DNA of 54,152 nt from Deltaproteobacteria bacterium (GTDB lineage: Bacteria > Desulfobacterota > BSN033 > UBA1163), in assembly GCA_037440525.1 (NCBI GenBank), contig JBBITW010000004.1, forward strand, positions 1-54,152. The letters are read 5' to 3'. Each line of letters opens with the position of its first letter. The stretch's first letter is position 1. The notes beneath the pieces are model-generated. The model made no database searches. It saw nothing but the letters and a program-made list of their open reading frames with translations, and had not been told where the DNA came from. Shown here in pieces: positions 31,584-40,949 of this stretch. The translations under genes were made by a program, and so were the position numbers.

Positions 31584-32048
31584 ATGATTCACTTCTTCAT
31601 CCTCCTGCTGGCAACAGGTTTTGGAGTCGGATATTTACCCGAAGCCCCTGGAACATTTGGTACAATTCTAAGCATCCCGATCTACTTTTTTCTATCAGAA
31701 ATTTCCTCTCCAGGATATGAATTTATTCTCATAGGCTTTTTTCTTCTTTCAATCTGGATCTCAAAGAAAGCAGAATCCTACTTCAAAAAGAGGGACGATC
31801 AGAGAATCGTCATTGATGAGATGATGGGTTTCTTAATTACCATGCTCTGGTTACCCAAGACAATCTATTCGATTGGCATCGGTTTTTTTCTTTTTCGTCT
31901 TTTTGATATATTAAAACCATTTCCAATCCGTCCTATGGAAAGGAGATGTGAAGGTGGGATTGGAGTGGTATTGGATGATGTTTTGGCAGGAGTATATGCC
32001 AATATCAGTCTGCATATCATTTACTTGAGTTTTCCATTCTCATTTTGA
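31584..32048 (+). CDS. pgpA: phosphatidylglycerophosphatase A
   Basis: 154 aa membrane protein with GxGYLP.APGTFGT and the IVIDE motif. Confidence 0.88.
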   Translation: MIHFFILLLATGFGVGYLPEAPGTFGTILSIPIYFFLSEISSPGYEFILIGFFLLSIWISKKAESYFKKRDDQRIVIDEMMGFLITMLWLPKTIYSIGIGFFLFRLFDILKPFPIRPMERRCEGGIGVVLDDVLAGVYANISLHIIYLSFPFSF

Positions 32049-32082
32049 GGGAGATGTTAGATTAGTGCAGGGGGAGTTATAA

Positions 32083-32565
32083 ATGAGACTCGAGAGACTG
32101 ATAGGAGAGCTTTTAAGAGAGAATGGATGGACTATATCCATTTCAGAATCCTGTACAGGCGGTTTAATCTGTGATCGAATAACCAATATCGCTGGTAGCT
32201 CGGACTACTTTATGGGCGGAATGGTTAACTATAGCAACAACTCAAAGGTAAAACACTTAGGTGTTCCGATGAGGGATATAAAAAGATATGGAGCGGTTAG
32301 TGAGGAGGTTGCTAAAAAGATGGCTCAGGGAATCCGAAAAACCTTTGAAACAACCTTTGGGCTTTCAACAACGGGGATTGCAGGCCCTACAGGTGGGACA
32401 AAGGAGAAGCCTGTTGGTCTTGTCTTCATAGGATTGGCAAAAGGTAAAAAGACATTGGTATTGAGATTAAATTTAAAGGGGAGTAGAATTAAGATAAAAA
32501 AAGAAGCAACCTCTTTGGCCTTGAAATACATTTACGATTTCATTAAGAAGGAGGCCATCAGATAA
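32083..32565 (+). CDS. CinA C-terminal domain / nicotinamide-nucleotide amidohydrolase (PncC-like)
   Basis: 160 aa with SESCTGGL, the Y...K pattern, and TGIAGPTGG. Confidence 0.88.
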   Translation: MRLERLIGELLRENGWTISISESCTGGLICDRITNIAGSSDYFMGGMVNYSNNSKVKHLGVPMRDIKRYGAVSEEVAKKMAQGIRKTFETTFGLSTTGIAGPTGGTKEKPVGLVFIGLAKGKKTLVLRLNLKGSRIKIKKEATSLALKYIYDFIKKEAIR

Positions 32566-32578
32566 GGAGTCTTAGGAA

Positions 32579-35500
32579 ATGGCACTTACAACACAATTGG
32601 AATATTATTTTCTTCACAAGGTTAGACAGAGGGGTCATTCCTACTATAAGAGTGGAGCGGTTGATATCATCAACGGAAATGAAGAAGAGGTTCAGGCTGA
32701 TGTGATTGGAACCGACACCTATGAGGTGGATTTATATCGGGAGGATGATACGATATATGCCTCCTGCAGTTGCCCTTATTTTCAGGGTGAACAGGGGCTT
32801 TGCAAACACATCTGGGCAACACTTCTCTCTGCAGAGGAGAATGGTTATCTTCTGGGCAAAGATAGGAATGATCCACTTTATATAGAAATTGATGCGGAGA
32901 GGGATTACCTTGAGGATGAAGATTGGGAGGATGAAGATTGGGAGGATGAGGATGAAGATATTTCTTTAAATTTTAAAAACACTATTTATCCTCTGAAAAG
33001 GAGAGAAACTCTTCAACATATCAAGCAACCCCCAGGATGGAGGAGCCTTCTTGATTCTTTAAAAAAGAGATTCGCAGAGAAAAATGTTGGACAAGACCTT
33101 TTTGAAAAAATGAAACAGATTCTCTATTTGATTGACGTTTCTGAATCCAATAAGAGAAATGGGTTAGTAATTGAGATTGCACAGAGGCAGATGAAAAAGA
33201 ATGGTGAATGGGGGAAGACAAAATTCTATACCAGTTCATATATAAAATCCGAGAATTTTCCTGACCCACAGGACCAGCAGATTGTGGCATTGTTGATTGG
33301 AAGCCAGAGTTCCAATGGATACTATTATGGCTATCCAAGTTATTATAGAGGAGATTCTTGTTTTTATATAACTTCTGTTTCAATAATGGAAAATATTATG
33401 AGGCTTATCTCTCAAACTGGAAGATGTTTTTTAAGGAAGGCGAATTACGAGATTGAAAAATCTCCCATCCAGTGGGATGATGGAGAGCCATGGGAACTCT
33501 TTTTGAGTTTGGAAAAATCAGGCAATGACTATCGACTCGAAGGTCATCTCCAGCGAGGAGAGGATCAGATTTCTCTTGAAAAACCAATCCTTTTACTTCC
33601 AGGAGGTCTCTTTTTCTTTGAAAATAAGGTAGCCCGATTTATAGATAAAGGGATCTTTGGCTGGATTTCTCTTTTGAGAGATAAAAAGACTCTTTTTATC
33701 CCATTTAATGAAGTGGAAGATTTCTTAAAGGAATTAATGGTGATGCCTCTTATTCCAAGGCTATCCCTTCCTGAAGAGTTACGATATGAGGATATTCATT
33801 TAATACCAAAACCTTGGCTTAAAATAATAGCACCTAAGAGGAAGAACAGATGGGATGCTGATATATTGAACTGGGATTTATCATTTGATTATGATGGGAA
33901 GTTGCTTCACTATGAAGATTTATCTCGTGGTATAGTTAAAGATGGACAGAAATTCTTTATCATTAGAGATATTGATTTTGAGCATGATGCTTATAAAAAG
34001 ATTCGAAGTTTAGGATTTAGAGAAGTTAATTCCTATGGAGAATTAAGGAGAGAGATTGCTCCGAAAAATATTCCAAAGGCAGTTCGAGAACTAATTTCTT
34101 TAGGATGGCATGTAGAGGCTGAAGGTAAGGTTTATCGCCGTCCAGGAACATTCAATCTCTCTGTAACATCGGGAATTGATTGGTTTGAATTGCATGGCGA
34201 GGTTCTCTTTGATGATAAGATTGTTAAATTGCCTGAGTTGCTTATGGCACTAAAAAAGGGTGATAATATTGTCCTCCTCGATGATGGCACCTTTGGAGTG
34301 GTTCCAGAGGAATGGCTGAAAAGGTATGGTTTTATTTCTGACCTCGGAAAAGCCTATGATGACCACATCCGATTCTCACGCTCTCAGGCATGGCTTCTTG
34401 ACGCCCTTATAGCTTCAGAGCCTGAATTTAGATGTGATGAGGTCTTTGAGCATTTGCGAGAGGAACTTAGAAGCTTTGAAGGTATAAAACCATGTGATCC
34501 ACCAGAAGGTTTTGTGGGCAATTTAAGAGATTATCAGAAGGATGGATTGGGCTGGATCCATTTCTTAGAAAGGTTTGGATTGGGGGGATGTCTTGCCGAT
34601 GATATGGGCCTTGGTAAGACCATACAGGTCCTCGCTATGCTTGAAGAGAGAAGAAAGAAGCGAATATCGGAAGGTGATACCAGAGTTGGAGATAGTTTAA
34701 ATCAAAGTGATAGAGTTTCTGGCCCTTCCCTTGTTGTAGCACCGAAATCACTTGTCTTTAACTGGATTCAGGAAGCTAAACGGTTCACTCCAAATTTAAA
34801 AATCCTTGACCACACAGGGACAAACAGACTGAAACCAGGAGAGCATTTTGAAAATTATGACCTAATCCTGACAACCTATGGTACATTGAGAAAAGATGTG
34901 GTTGAATTCAAGGATATTGAGTTTGACTACTGTATCCTTGATGAAGGGCAAATGATCAAGAATGCCAATACCCAAACTGCAAAGGCAGCCAGACTTATCA
35001 AGGCAAAAAATCGTCTTGTGCTAAGCGGCACCCCTATTGAAAACCACATTGGAGAGCTCTGGAGTCTCTTTGAATTTCTTAATCCTGGAATGTTGGGCTC
35101 AGCATCTGTGTTTAAATTGACCGGTTCAGGAGAACGAAACCCAGCCCCCCAGATTTGCGATTTACTCGGGAAAGCGCTTCGACCATTCATTCTTCGTCGA
35201 ACAAAGAGACAGGTAGCATCTGAGCTTCCAGAAAAATTTGAAAAGACCCTATATTGCGATCTCGAATCAGTGCAGAGGAAACTTTATAATGAGTTAAGGG
35301 ACCATTACCGTCTGAACTTAATCCATCAGGTGGAGCTTGATGGTATAAATAGGTCCAAGATTCAGATTCTTGAAGCACTGCTAAGGCTGAGACAGGCTGC
35401 CTGTCATCCAGGGCTCATTGACAGGTCAAAGATTTCCTATCCCAGTGCAAAGCTCGATGTTTTACTGCCACAACTCGAGCAGGTCATAGAGGAAAATTAT

Positions 35501-35950
35501 AAGGTTCTGGTCTTTTCACAGTTTACAAGTTTCCTTTCTATCCTTCGTCAGCAATTGGATAGAAATAACACTCCATATGCATACCTTGATGGTCAAACAC
35601 GCAATCGAAAGGCAGTTGTCGAGAGATTCCAGAAAGACCCTGATTGCAGGCTCTTTCTTATCAGTCTTAAGGCTGGTGGGCTCGGGTTAAACCTTACAGA
35701 GGCTGAATATGTTTATCTGCTTGATCCATGGTGGAATCCTGCTGTTGAGGCTCAGGCTATTGATAGAACACATAGAATAGGACAGACTAAAAAGGTTTTT
35801 GCCTATCGTATCATAGCTCGAGATACTGTGGAGGAGAAGGTTTTGGAACTCCAGCAGACAAAGAGGGATTTAGCCGAGGCTATCATTAAAGCTGATAATA
35901 GTCTTATAAGAAATCTCACAAAAGAAGATCTGGAATTGCTCCTCTCATAG
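32579..35950 (+). CDS. SWIM zinc-finger / SNF2-family helicase
   Basis: 1123 aa. It has the N-terminal SWIM CxCx(n)CxH motif (CSCPYFQGEQGLCKH). The central region resembles the bacterial SNF2-associated domain. SNF2 motifs seen: LADDMGLGKT, ILDEGQMIKN, LSGTPIEN, LKAGGLGLNLT, QAIDRTHRIGQ. Confidence 0.92.
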   Translation: MALTTQLEYYFLHKVRQRGHSYYKSGAVDIINGNEEEVQADVIGTDTYEVDLYREDDTIYASCSCPYFQGEQGLCKHIWATLLSAEENGYLLGKDRNDPLYIEIDAERDYLEDEDWEDEDWEDEDEDISLNFKNTIYPLKRRETLQHIKQPPGWRSLLDSLKKRFAEKNVGQDLFEKMKQILYLIDVSESNKRNGLVIEIAQRQMKKNGEWGKTKFYTSSYIKSENFPDPQDQQIVALLIGSQSSNGYYYGYPSYYRGDSCFYITSVSIMENIMRLISQTGRCFLRKANYEIEKSPIQWDDGEPWELFLSLEKSGNDYRLEGHLQRGEDQISLEKPILLLPGGLFFFENKVARFIDKGIFGWISLLRDKKTLFIPFNEVEDFLKELMVMPLIPRLSLPEELRYEDIHLIPKPWLKIIAPKRKNRWDADILNWDLSFDYDGKLLHYEDLSRGIVKDGQKFFIIRDIDFEHDAYKKIRSLGFREVNSYGELRREIAPKNIPKAVRELISLGWHVEAEGKVYRRPGTFNLSVTSGIDWFELHGEVLFDDKIVKLPELLMALKKGDNIVLLDDGTFGVVPEEWLKRYGFISDLGKAYDDHIRFSRSQAWLLDALIASEPEFRCDEVFEHLREELRSFEGIKPCDPPEGFVGNLRDYQKDGLGWIHFLERFGLGGCLADDMGLGKTIQVLAMLEERRKKRISEGDTRVGDSLNQSDRVSGPSLVVAPKSLVFNWIQEAKRFTPNLKILDHTGTNRLKPGEHFENYDLILTTYGTLRKDVVEFKDIEFDYCILDEGQMIKNANTQTAKAARLIKAKNRLVLSGTPIENHIGELWSLFEFLNPGMLGSASVFKLTGSGERNPAPQICDLLGKALRPFILRRTKRQVASELPEKFEKTLYCDLESVQRKLYNELRDHYRLNLIHQVELDGINRSKIQILEALLRLRQAACHPGLIDRSKISYPSAKLDVLLPQLEQVIEENYKVLVFSQFTSFLSILRQQLDRNNTPYAYLDGQTRNRKAVVERFQKDPDCRLFLISLKAGGLGLNLTEAEYVYLLDPWWNPAVEAQAIDRTHRIGQTKKVFAYRIIARDTVEEKVLELQQTKRDLAEAIIKADNSLIRNLTKEDLELLLS

Positions 35951-36010
35951 AAATTCTATTCTGATATGGTTTTTGTGTATCCTGGATATGAGTTTGTGAA
36001 TATTTTCTTC

Positions 36011-36038
36011 TTGAAATTTTATTCTTTTGCCTCATAAT
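36011..36038 (+). promoter_or_regulatory. candidate sigma70 promoter for the dapA-like gene
   Basis: TTGAAA (36011-36016), 16-nt spacer, CATAAT (36033-36038). Confidence 0.4.
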
Positions 36039-36075
36039 TAATGATATTATTTTTAAAAGGAAGGAGGAGGTACAG

Positions 36076-37101
36076 ATGAAACTCGAGAGGTTTGAAGGGG
36101 TTTGGACAGCAATGGTAACACCATTTGACAAAAAAGGGGGGATTGATTTTGAGGGGCTTGAGAAGAATATACAATTTCAAATAGCAAATGGGGCAAACCT
36201 TGTTCCAACAGGCACAACAGGTGAATCTCCTACCCTCGATTGGAGGGAACATGACCGTGTGATTACGAAGACAGTGAGGTTGGCAAAGGGAAAAGCATTT
36301 GTGATCGCAGGGACAGGTTCAAATTCTACCAGGGAAGCCTATAGGGGAACAAAACATGCTGTGGAAGTTGGTGCTCAGGGGGTTTTACTTGTTGATTGTT
36401 ATTATAATGGACCTTCCTCGCTTGAGCTTAGAACACAATATTATGAAGTTATAGCTAAGGCATTCAGAAAGGCTTTTATTGTTCCATATATCATTCCTGG
36501 AAGAACTGGAACAAAATTGGAAGTTGAGGACCTTGCAATCCTTCACAGGAAGTTTAAAAATCTGCGCTCAGTTAAAGAGGCAACAGGTGATCTTGAACGA
36601 ATGGCTAAGACGAGAAGCCTCTGTGGTGATGATTTTGATATACTTTCTGGAGACGATGATAAGACATTTGATATGATAACCCGTCAGGATATTCGGGCCT
36701 CAGGTGTAATTTCAGTCATGTCTAATATTGTTCCAGGGCCAATAAATGAGATGATAAAGGCTATAAGGAATGGAGAAATGGAGAGGGCCAATCGATTGAA
36801 AGATGCTTTGGATCCGTTATTTAAGGTTGTTACTGTTAACACAATCGAATCTTATGAAGGGTTTGAGGTTCCAAACAAATTCAGAAATCCACTTTCCATA
36901 AAGACAATAATGAAAGGGCTTGGACTTCCATCAGGACCATGCCGTCCTCCACTGGGAAAGATGACACCAAAAGGGGTTGAGGTTGTAAGAAATACCCTTA
37001 AAGAGGTCTATCAAAAGGATAAAGAGATATTCTGGCCCATTCAAGATTTCTATAAGGTCAATATTGAAGAGAGGCTGACAAACGACCGATATTGGAAATA
37101 A
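36076..37101 (+). CDS. dihydrodipicolinate synthase (DapA/NAL) family lyase
   Basis: 341 aa with GTTGES, the Y(I)IPGRTG tyrosine motif, and the Schiff-base lysine context VKEATG. It is longer than canonical DapA, so its substrate is uncertain. Confidence 0.82.
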   Translation: MKLERFEGVWTAMVTPFDKKGGIDFEGLEKNIQFQIANGANLVPTGTTGESPTLDWREHDRVITKTVRLAKGKAFVIAGTGSNSTREAYRGTKHAVEVGAQGVLLVDCYYNGPSSLELRTQYYEVIAKAFRKAFIVPYIIPGRTGTKLEVEDLAILHRKFKNLRSVKEATGDLERMAKTRSLCGDDFDILSGDDDKTFDMITRQDIRASGVISVMSNIVPGPINEMIKAIRNGEMERANRLKDALDPLFKVVTVNTIESYEGFEVPNKFRNPLSIKTIMKGLGLPSGPCRPPLGKMTPKGVEVVRNTLKEVYQKDKEIFWPIQDFYKVNIEERLTNDRYWK

Positions 37102-37112
37102 GTTTATATCTA

Positions 37113-37307
37113 TCATCCCTTAGCCTCCATATCATCAAGCACCTTTTTAATCCTTTTAATATTGATTTTGGTATTTTTGGATGACCTCTCATCCATAGTT
37201 TCTGCTAATGAATTACTGCGAGAGGGAGAGATTAGACTTAATGCAAACCCTGTAGTTTTTAGAAAGTCCCGTCGGCTAATATGAATCCTCTTCATTTTAT
37301 CACCCAT
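37113..37307 (-). CDS. small ORF with a twin-arginine (Tat) signal-like N-terminus; possibly a gene remnant
   Basis: 64 aa with SRRDFLKTTGFALSL followed by only about 40 residues. It converges on the dapA-like gene with an 11-nt gap. Confidence 0.3.
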   Translation of the reverse strand: MGDKMKRIHISRRDFLKTTGFALSLISPSRSNSLAETMDERSSKNTKINIKRIKKVLDDMEAKG

Positions 37308-37450
37308 ATAAGAATCATCTTAGAATAATTTTATAAATTTTTTATTAACACATTATCAAGTAGGAATTAATAGACCTCTGAAAAATTATTTAATATGAAT
37401 TTTTTTACTAAAAGCCCCTATTTATCCGTCATTGCGTGGCAATCCGACGA

Positions 37451-37565
37451 AGTCGTTGCGAGCCCGAAGGGCGTGGCAATCTTATAGATTCCTCGCTCCG
37501 CTCGGAATTACAATTTTGGAGAGATTGGTTCGCAATGACAATCTGGAATCACTCAATTTAGATTT
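37451..37565 (+). repeat. family-1 dispersed repeat, long form
   Basis: Counterpart of 19686-19798, with the core at 37485-37512. A partial extra unit, gtcattgcgtggcaatc, lies just upstream (from about 37428). Confidence 0.75.
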
Positions 37566-37953
37566 AATATTTTGGCACTATTGATTAATACCCTGAAATT
37601 GCTTGATTTTCTTTTAGGCAATTGTAAGCAATCTAACTTCTTAATGTTCGCATTCGAAGGGTTTGGAACCCCATCTCCCCAGTCAAATCAGGACTTTTTC
37701 AGAGATCTAATTAATAATTTCTTATCATTAATTTCCTTTATATCGATAGGGAATAAAGAATGTATAATCATTTAGAGAATAGTGAATAATTTTTTTATTT
37801 TCTAATAATTTCAAGCAATTATTTATCGAAATAATATTTTTAAAAGGCCTTAATGTATAAAAAAAATATTCAATTTTTAAAAAAATCTCTAATTTTAACT
37901 GGGGAGAAATAAAAAATCATTGTGATTTCAATAGATTATATATAACATTAAAT

Positions 37954-37971
37954 CTGGCATTAGAAATGCAT
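37954..37971 (+). promoter_or_regulatory. sigma54-type -24/-12 promoter candidate
   Basis: CTGGCATtagaaATGCAT has GG and GC separated by 10 nt, as in the consensus YTGGCACG-N4-TTGCW. It lies about 40 nt upstream of the ATG at 38009. Confidence 0.4.
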
Positions 37972-38008
37972 ATTTATGGGTGAAGCTCAAAGAAAGGGGG
38001 AATTGAAG

Positions 38009-38293
38009 ATGGAAAAAAGAATGAAAGGTTTAAAGGTTGGTTTAATGGCTGGGTTGTTAACTCTTGCTTCTTCTACTGCATTTGCAAGGTCTATAAGTCT
38101 TAGTGAAGGTGGGACTGCACTTTGGATCTTCCTCATTGTTGGTGCGATCATTATTCTCCTTCAGCTAATCCCTGCAGCGATTCTCTTCTTCAGTTTCATT
38201 GGGACAGCAACTACCTCTTTATTGAAGAAAGAGAAAAGGGCTGAGGAAGAATTGATAATTTCTGCAACCGAACCTGTAGTGGTTAAAAAGTAA
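38009..38293 (+). CDS. small hypothetical membrane protein
   Basis: 94 aa counted from the ATG at 38009, which is preceded by AAGGGGG. It has a signal-like N-terminus, one strong TM (ALWIFLIVGAIIILLQLIPAAILFFSFIG) and a charged tail. The track ORF starts at 37976. Confidence 0.5.
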   Translation: MEKRMKGLKVGLMAGLLTLASSTAFARSISLSEGGTALWIFLIVGAIIILLQLIPAAILFFSFIGTATTSLLKKEKRAEEELIISATEPVVVKK

Positions 38294-38324
38294 TTAAATA
38301 AAGTTTAACCTTAAGCTAATATGC

Positions 38325-39041
38325 TCAGGAAAGAGATCTAAAGATAATAAAAATTACAACGAATATAATTACAGGGATGAGATGGAGAAGAGGGAATTCG
38401 GGGAGTTTAACAGGTAACTCATCCTGATAGCCTCTTGCCGAAAGAGAAAGGGTCATCTCTTCTGCTTTGATAAATGAATGGCGAAGGAGTGGTAAAACAA
38501 TGAATTTAATTCTCCTAAAAGGATTTTTAACCCGATCTCCAAGTCTTGCTCTCTGAGCAACATTAATCTCCTCAACTTGATCCAGGGTCAAAGAAAAGAA
38601 TCTTAGAGAAAGGGATAGCATGAGTCCAATTCTACGTGCAGGGAGAAATGAAAAGGGTTTAAGAAACCAGATAAAAGAGTCCCGAATCTCTCTTGGTCGT
38701 GTTGTAGCTGTAAAAATGATCCCATAAATAATCATTAGTCCCAATCGCCAGCAATTAAGGGCTCCAAGAAGAAGACCGTTTGTGGGAGTAAGCAGGGCTT
38801 GAAATAAAAATAGAATCAGTAGGAAAAAGGCCCAATTTCTTAAATCGTGAAAAAGATTTTTTAAAGGTAATCTTGAAAGTATTAGAAGACCAAGTATGAT
38901 GGCTGAGTTTAATAAGAGCCACGAAGGTTTAGAATCTAAAAGGGTGAGAGTAATAATCAACAGTCCTAAAATCTTACATCGGCTATCCCAGCGATGAATA
39001 TAAGAATTCTTTGGGAAATAATGGAAGGCTATTCGAGCCAT
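38325..39041 (-). CDS. ECF transporter transmembrane (T) component, CbiQ/EcfT/BioN-like
   Basis: Multi-TM protein with a conserved Ala-Arg-Gly motif (LSLSARGYQ). It follows the ATPase gene with overlap. I prefer the ATG at 39041 to the track start at 39074. Confidence 0.82.
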   Translation of the reverse strand: MARIAFHYFPKNSYIHRWDSRCKILGLLIITLTLLDSKPSWLLLNSAIILGLLILSRLPLKNLFHDLRNWAFFLLILFLFQALLTPTNGLLLGALNCWRLGLMIIYGIIFTATTRPREIRDSFIWFLKPFSFLPARRIGLMLSLSLRFFSLTLDQVEEINVAQRARLGDRVKNPFRRIKFIVLPLLRHSFIKAEEMTLSLSARGYQDELPVKLPEFPLLHLIPVIIFVVIFIIFRSLS

Positions 39042-39763
39042 GATATCTTCTCTCTTCCAAGTAGAGCATAACATGGAGGTCTTATCCCGAAATCTATGAG
39101 TCCAGAAACAATCTCATCAGGTCTTCCTTGAGACTTCAGTTCACCATCCTTAAGGACAACGATTCTATCAACATGGGCAATCACCTTTTCAACATCATGT
39201 GTGGTAACCACAATTGTATGTCCTTCTTTATGGAGATGGATCATATGTCTCAGGATTTCTCTAATTCCATAATAATCAAGAAAGGAGAAGGGTTCATCAA
39301 AGAGAATGACTCTTGGTTTCATGGCAATAACCCCTGCAATCGCAAGACGCCTCTTTTCTCCACCTGAGAGCAGGTAACATTGTTTTTCTGAGATTTCCTT
39401 AAGCCCCATAAGATGAAGGGCCCAATTCACCCGCTCTTCTATTTCCTCAGGGGTAAGGCCCATGTTCTCGGGACCAAAAGCTACATCCTCCTTGACCGTC
39501 TCCCCTATGATCTGACTGTCAGGATCCTGGAATACCATACCTACAATTTGTCTTACCTCACGAAAATTATGAGTGGAGTTTATATGAACTGAACCTGAAG
39601 TGGGTTTCAGAAGGCCATTAATAATACGAAGGAGGGTTGTCTTACCACTTCCGTTAGGACCGCAGATAAGTAGAAATTCACCTTCCTTGATATTTAAATC
39701 AATTCCCCTCAAGGCATATGTTCCGTCCGGGTAGCGGTGATGAAGGTTTTTGATCTTTATCAT
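39029..39763 (-). CDS. ECF transporter ATPase (CbiO/EcfA/BioM-like)
   Basis: 244 aa with Walker A GPNGSGKTT, signature LSGGEKRR and Walker B ILFDEP. Confidence 0.9.
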   Translation of the reverse strand: MIKIKNLHHRYPDGTYALRGIDLNIKEGEFLLICGPNGSGKTTLLRIINGLLKPTSGSVHINSTHNFREVRQIVGMVFQDPDSQIIGETVKEDVAFGPENMGLTPEEIEERVNWALHLMGLKEISEKQCYLLSGGEKRRLAIAGVIAMKPRVILFDEPFSFLDYYGIREILRHMIHLHKEGHTIVVTTHDVEKVIAHVDRIVVLKDGELKSQGRPDEIVSGLIDFGIRPPCYALLGREKISWLE

Positions 39764-39795
39764 AAATTAAGCTACTTAGGTAAGAAGTAAAAAAA

Positions 39796-40341
39796 TCAGC
39801 TTACTTGGGTTAATTGTCGATTCAAAATGGGCCTCAAAGCACGGGCTATAATTATAGCCATAATCGCCTTAATTGTATCGCCAGGGAGAAAAGGGAGCAT
39901 TCCGACAGTCAGTGTTTTATAAAATGTCATCTGGGTTACTATTTTCAGCCATGAGATTCCAAACACATATATTAAAAGCGATCCTATAATAACAGCAAAT
40001 ATCTCCGAAATTAAAATGTGATTGAATCTCTCAGAGATAAGACCTGTTGTCCATGAGGCAATCATAAAACCGAAAAGGTATCCTCCAGTGGGACCGAAGA
40101 GATGTGCTAATCCTCCTTTCCCACCATAAAATACAGGCAATCCAATGGCTCCGAGTAAAACATATAAGGCCGCACCCGTAAGTCCCCAGCGACTTCCCAA
40201 AAGGAGTCCTGAAAGAAGGACAAATAGATTTGTAAGAACAATTGGGACAGGACCTATAGGGATATGAATATACGCCCCAACAGCCATCAGTGCAGCCATC
40301 AGGGAAGAGAGAACAATCATCCTCAATTTTTCAATTGACAT
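39796..40341 (-). CDS. bioY: biotin transporter S component BioY
   Basis: 181 aa, 6-TM pattern with the GPTGGYLFGF motif. It lies upstream of the ECF A/T genes. Confidence 0.88.
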   Translation of the reverse strand: MSIEKLRMIVLSSLMAALMAVGAYIHIPIGPVPIVLTNLFVLLSGLLLGSRWGLTGAALYVLLGAIGLPVFYGGKGGLAHLFGPTGGYLFGFMIASWTTGLISERFNHILISEIFAVIIGSLLIYVFGISWLKIVTQMTFYKTLTVGMLPFLPGDTIKAIMAIIIARALRPILNRQLTQVS

Positions 40342-40412
40342 TCAGGCCTCCTCTTATTTATCAACCTAATTTTAATAAAGGTTAACAAATAATATTTGGC
40401 CTGTCAATACTT

Positions 40413-40934
40413 CTATCCATCGAGGGTATGATGTTCCATCTTGCGATACCATGAGGCAGGATCGGTCAGGTATTCCTCTGTGTCTTTAAGAGAGAGGTAG
40501 TGTTCATTCTCAATCCTTGAAAGGAGATCAAAAAACTCCTTCTCCTTTGGATTCGTGAGCTGGTCTCTCAGCTCTCCGTAGTATTTCGTCCCCTTGGCCT
40601 CAAAATCGATTGCTGTTCTTATGGCCTCAAGGTCATCTGGATCTCCCTTTGCATTTTCGTCCACTTTCTTGACAAAATCAACCAGGATATCCTTAACAAC
40701 AGTCTCTTTTACCTTAAGAGGCACTGTTTCAGGCCATCTCTCTTCCTTTGACCATTTCTTATGAAGTTCTTTTAGTCTTTCATAATGCTCAAGTTCATCA
40801 TCTGCAATCTGCTCGAACATCTTTTTACCGAGGGGATTCTTTGTTCGCCTGGCATGTTTCAAATAAAAATCCCTTTCCCTCATCTCATTATTAAGGGCCA
40901 CCTCCAGTGCATTTAGACGATCTTTCTCATTCAT
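40413..40934 (-). CDS. ferritin-like / rubrerythrin-family diiron protein
   Basis: 173 aa with two E...ExxH half-sites (NNEMRE...DDELEH; DFEAKG...ENEH). Its SD and ATG lie 15 nt after the stop of the restriction enzyme gene. Confidence 0.75.
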   Translation of the reverse strand: MNEKDRLNALEVALNNEMRERDFYLKHARRTKNPLGKKMFEQIADDELEHYERLKELHKKWSKEERWPETVPLKVKETVVKDILVDFVKKVDENAKGDPDDLEAIRTAIDFEAKGTKYYGELRDQLTNPKEKEFFDLLSRIENEHYLSLKDTEEYLTDPASWYRKMEHHTLDG

Positions 40935-40949
40935 AATATCTCCTCTCAG

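Noticed and set aside
32579-35950. The SNF2 helicase considered as a component of DISARM, Zorya, BREX or Druantia-type defence.
   Set aside because: None of the obligatory partner genes is nearby (DrmA/B/C, ZorA/B/C, PglX/Z and so on). Its neighbours are the housekeeping-type genes pgpA, cinA-like and dapA-like.
37572-37775. A 67-aa plus-strand ORF inside the long non-coding tract.
   Set aside because: It starts with TTG, has no SD and has no recognisable features. It is most likely a chance ORF in AT-rich DNA.
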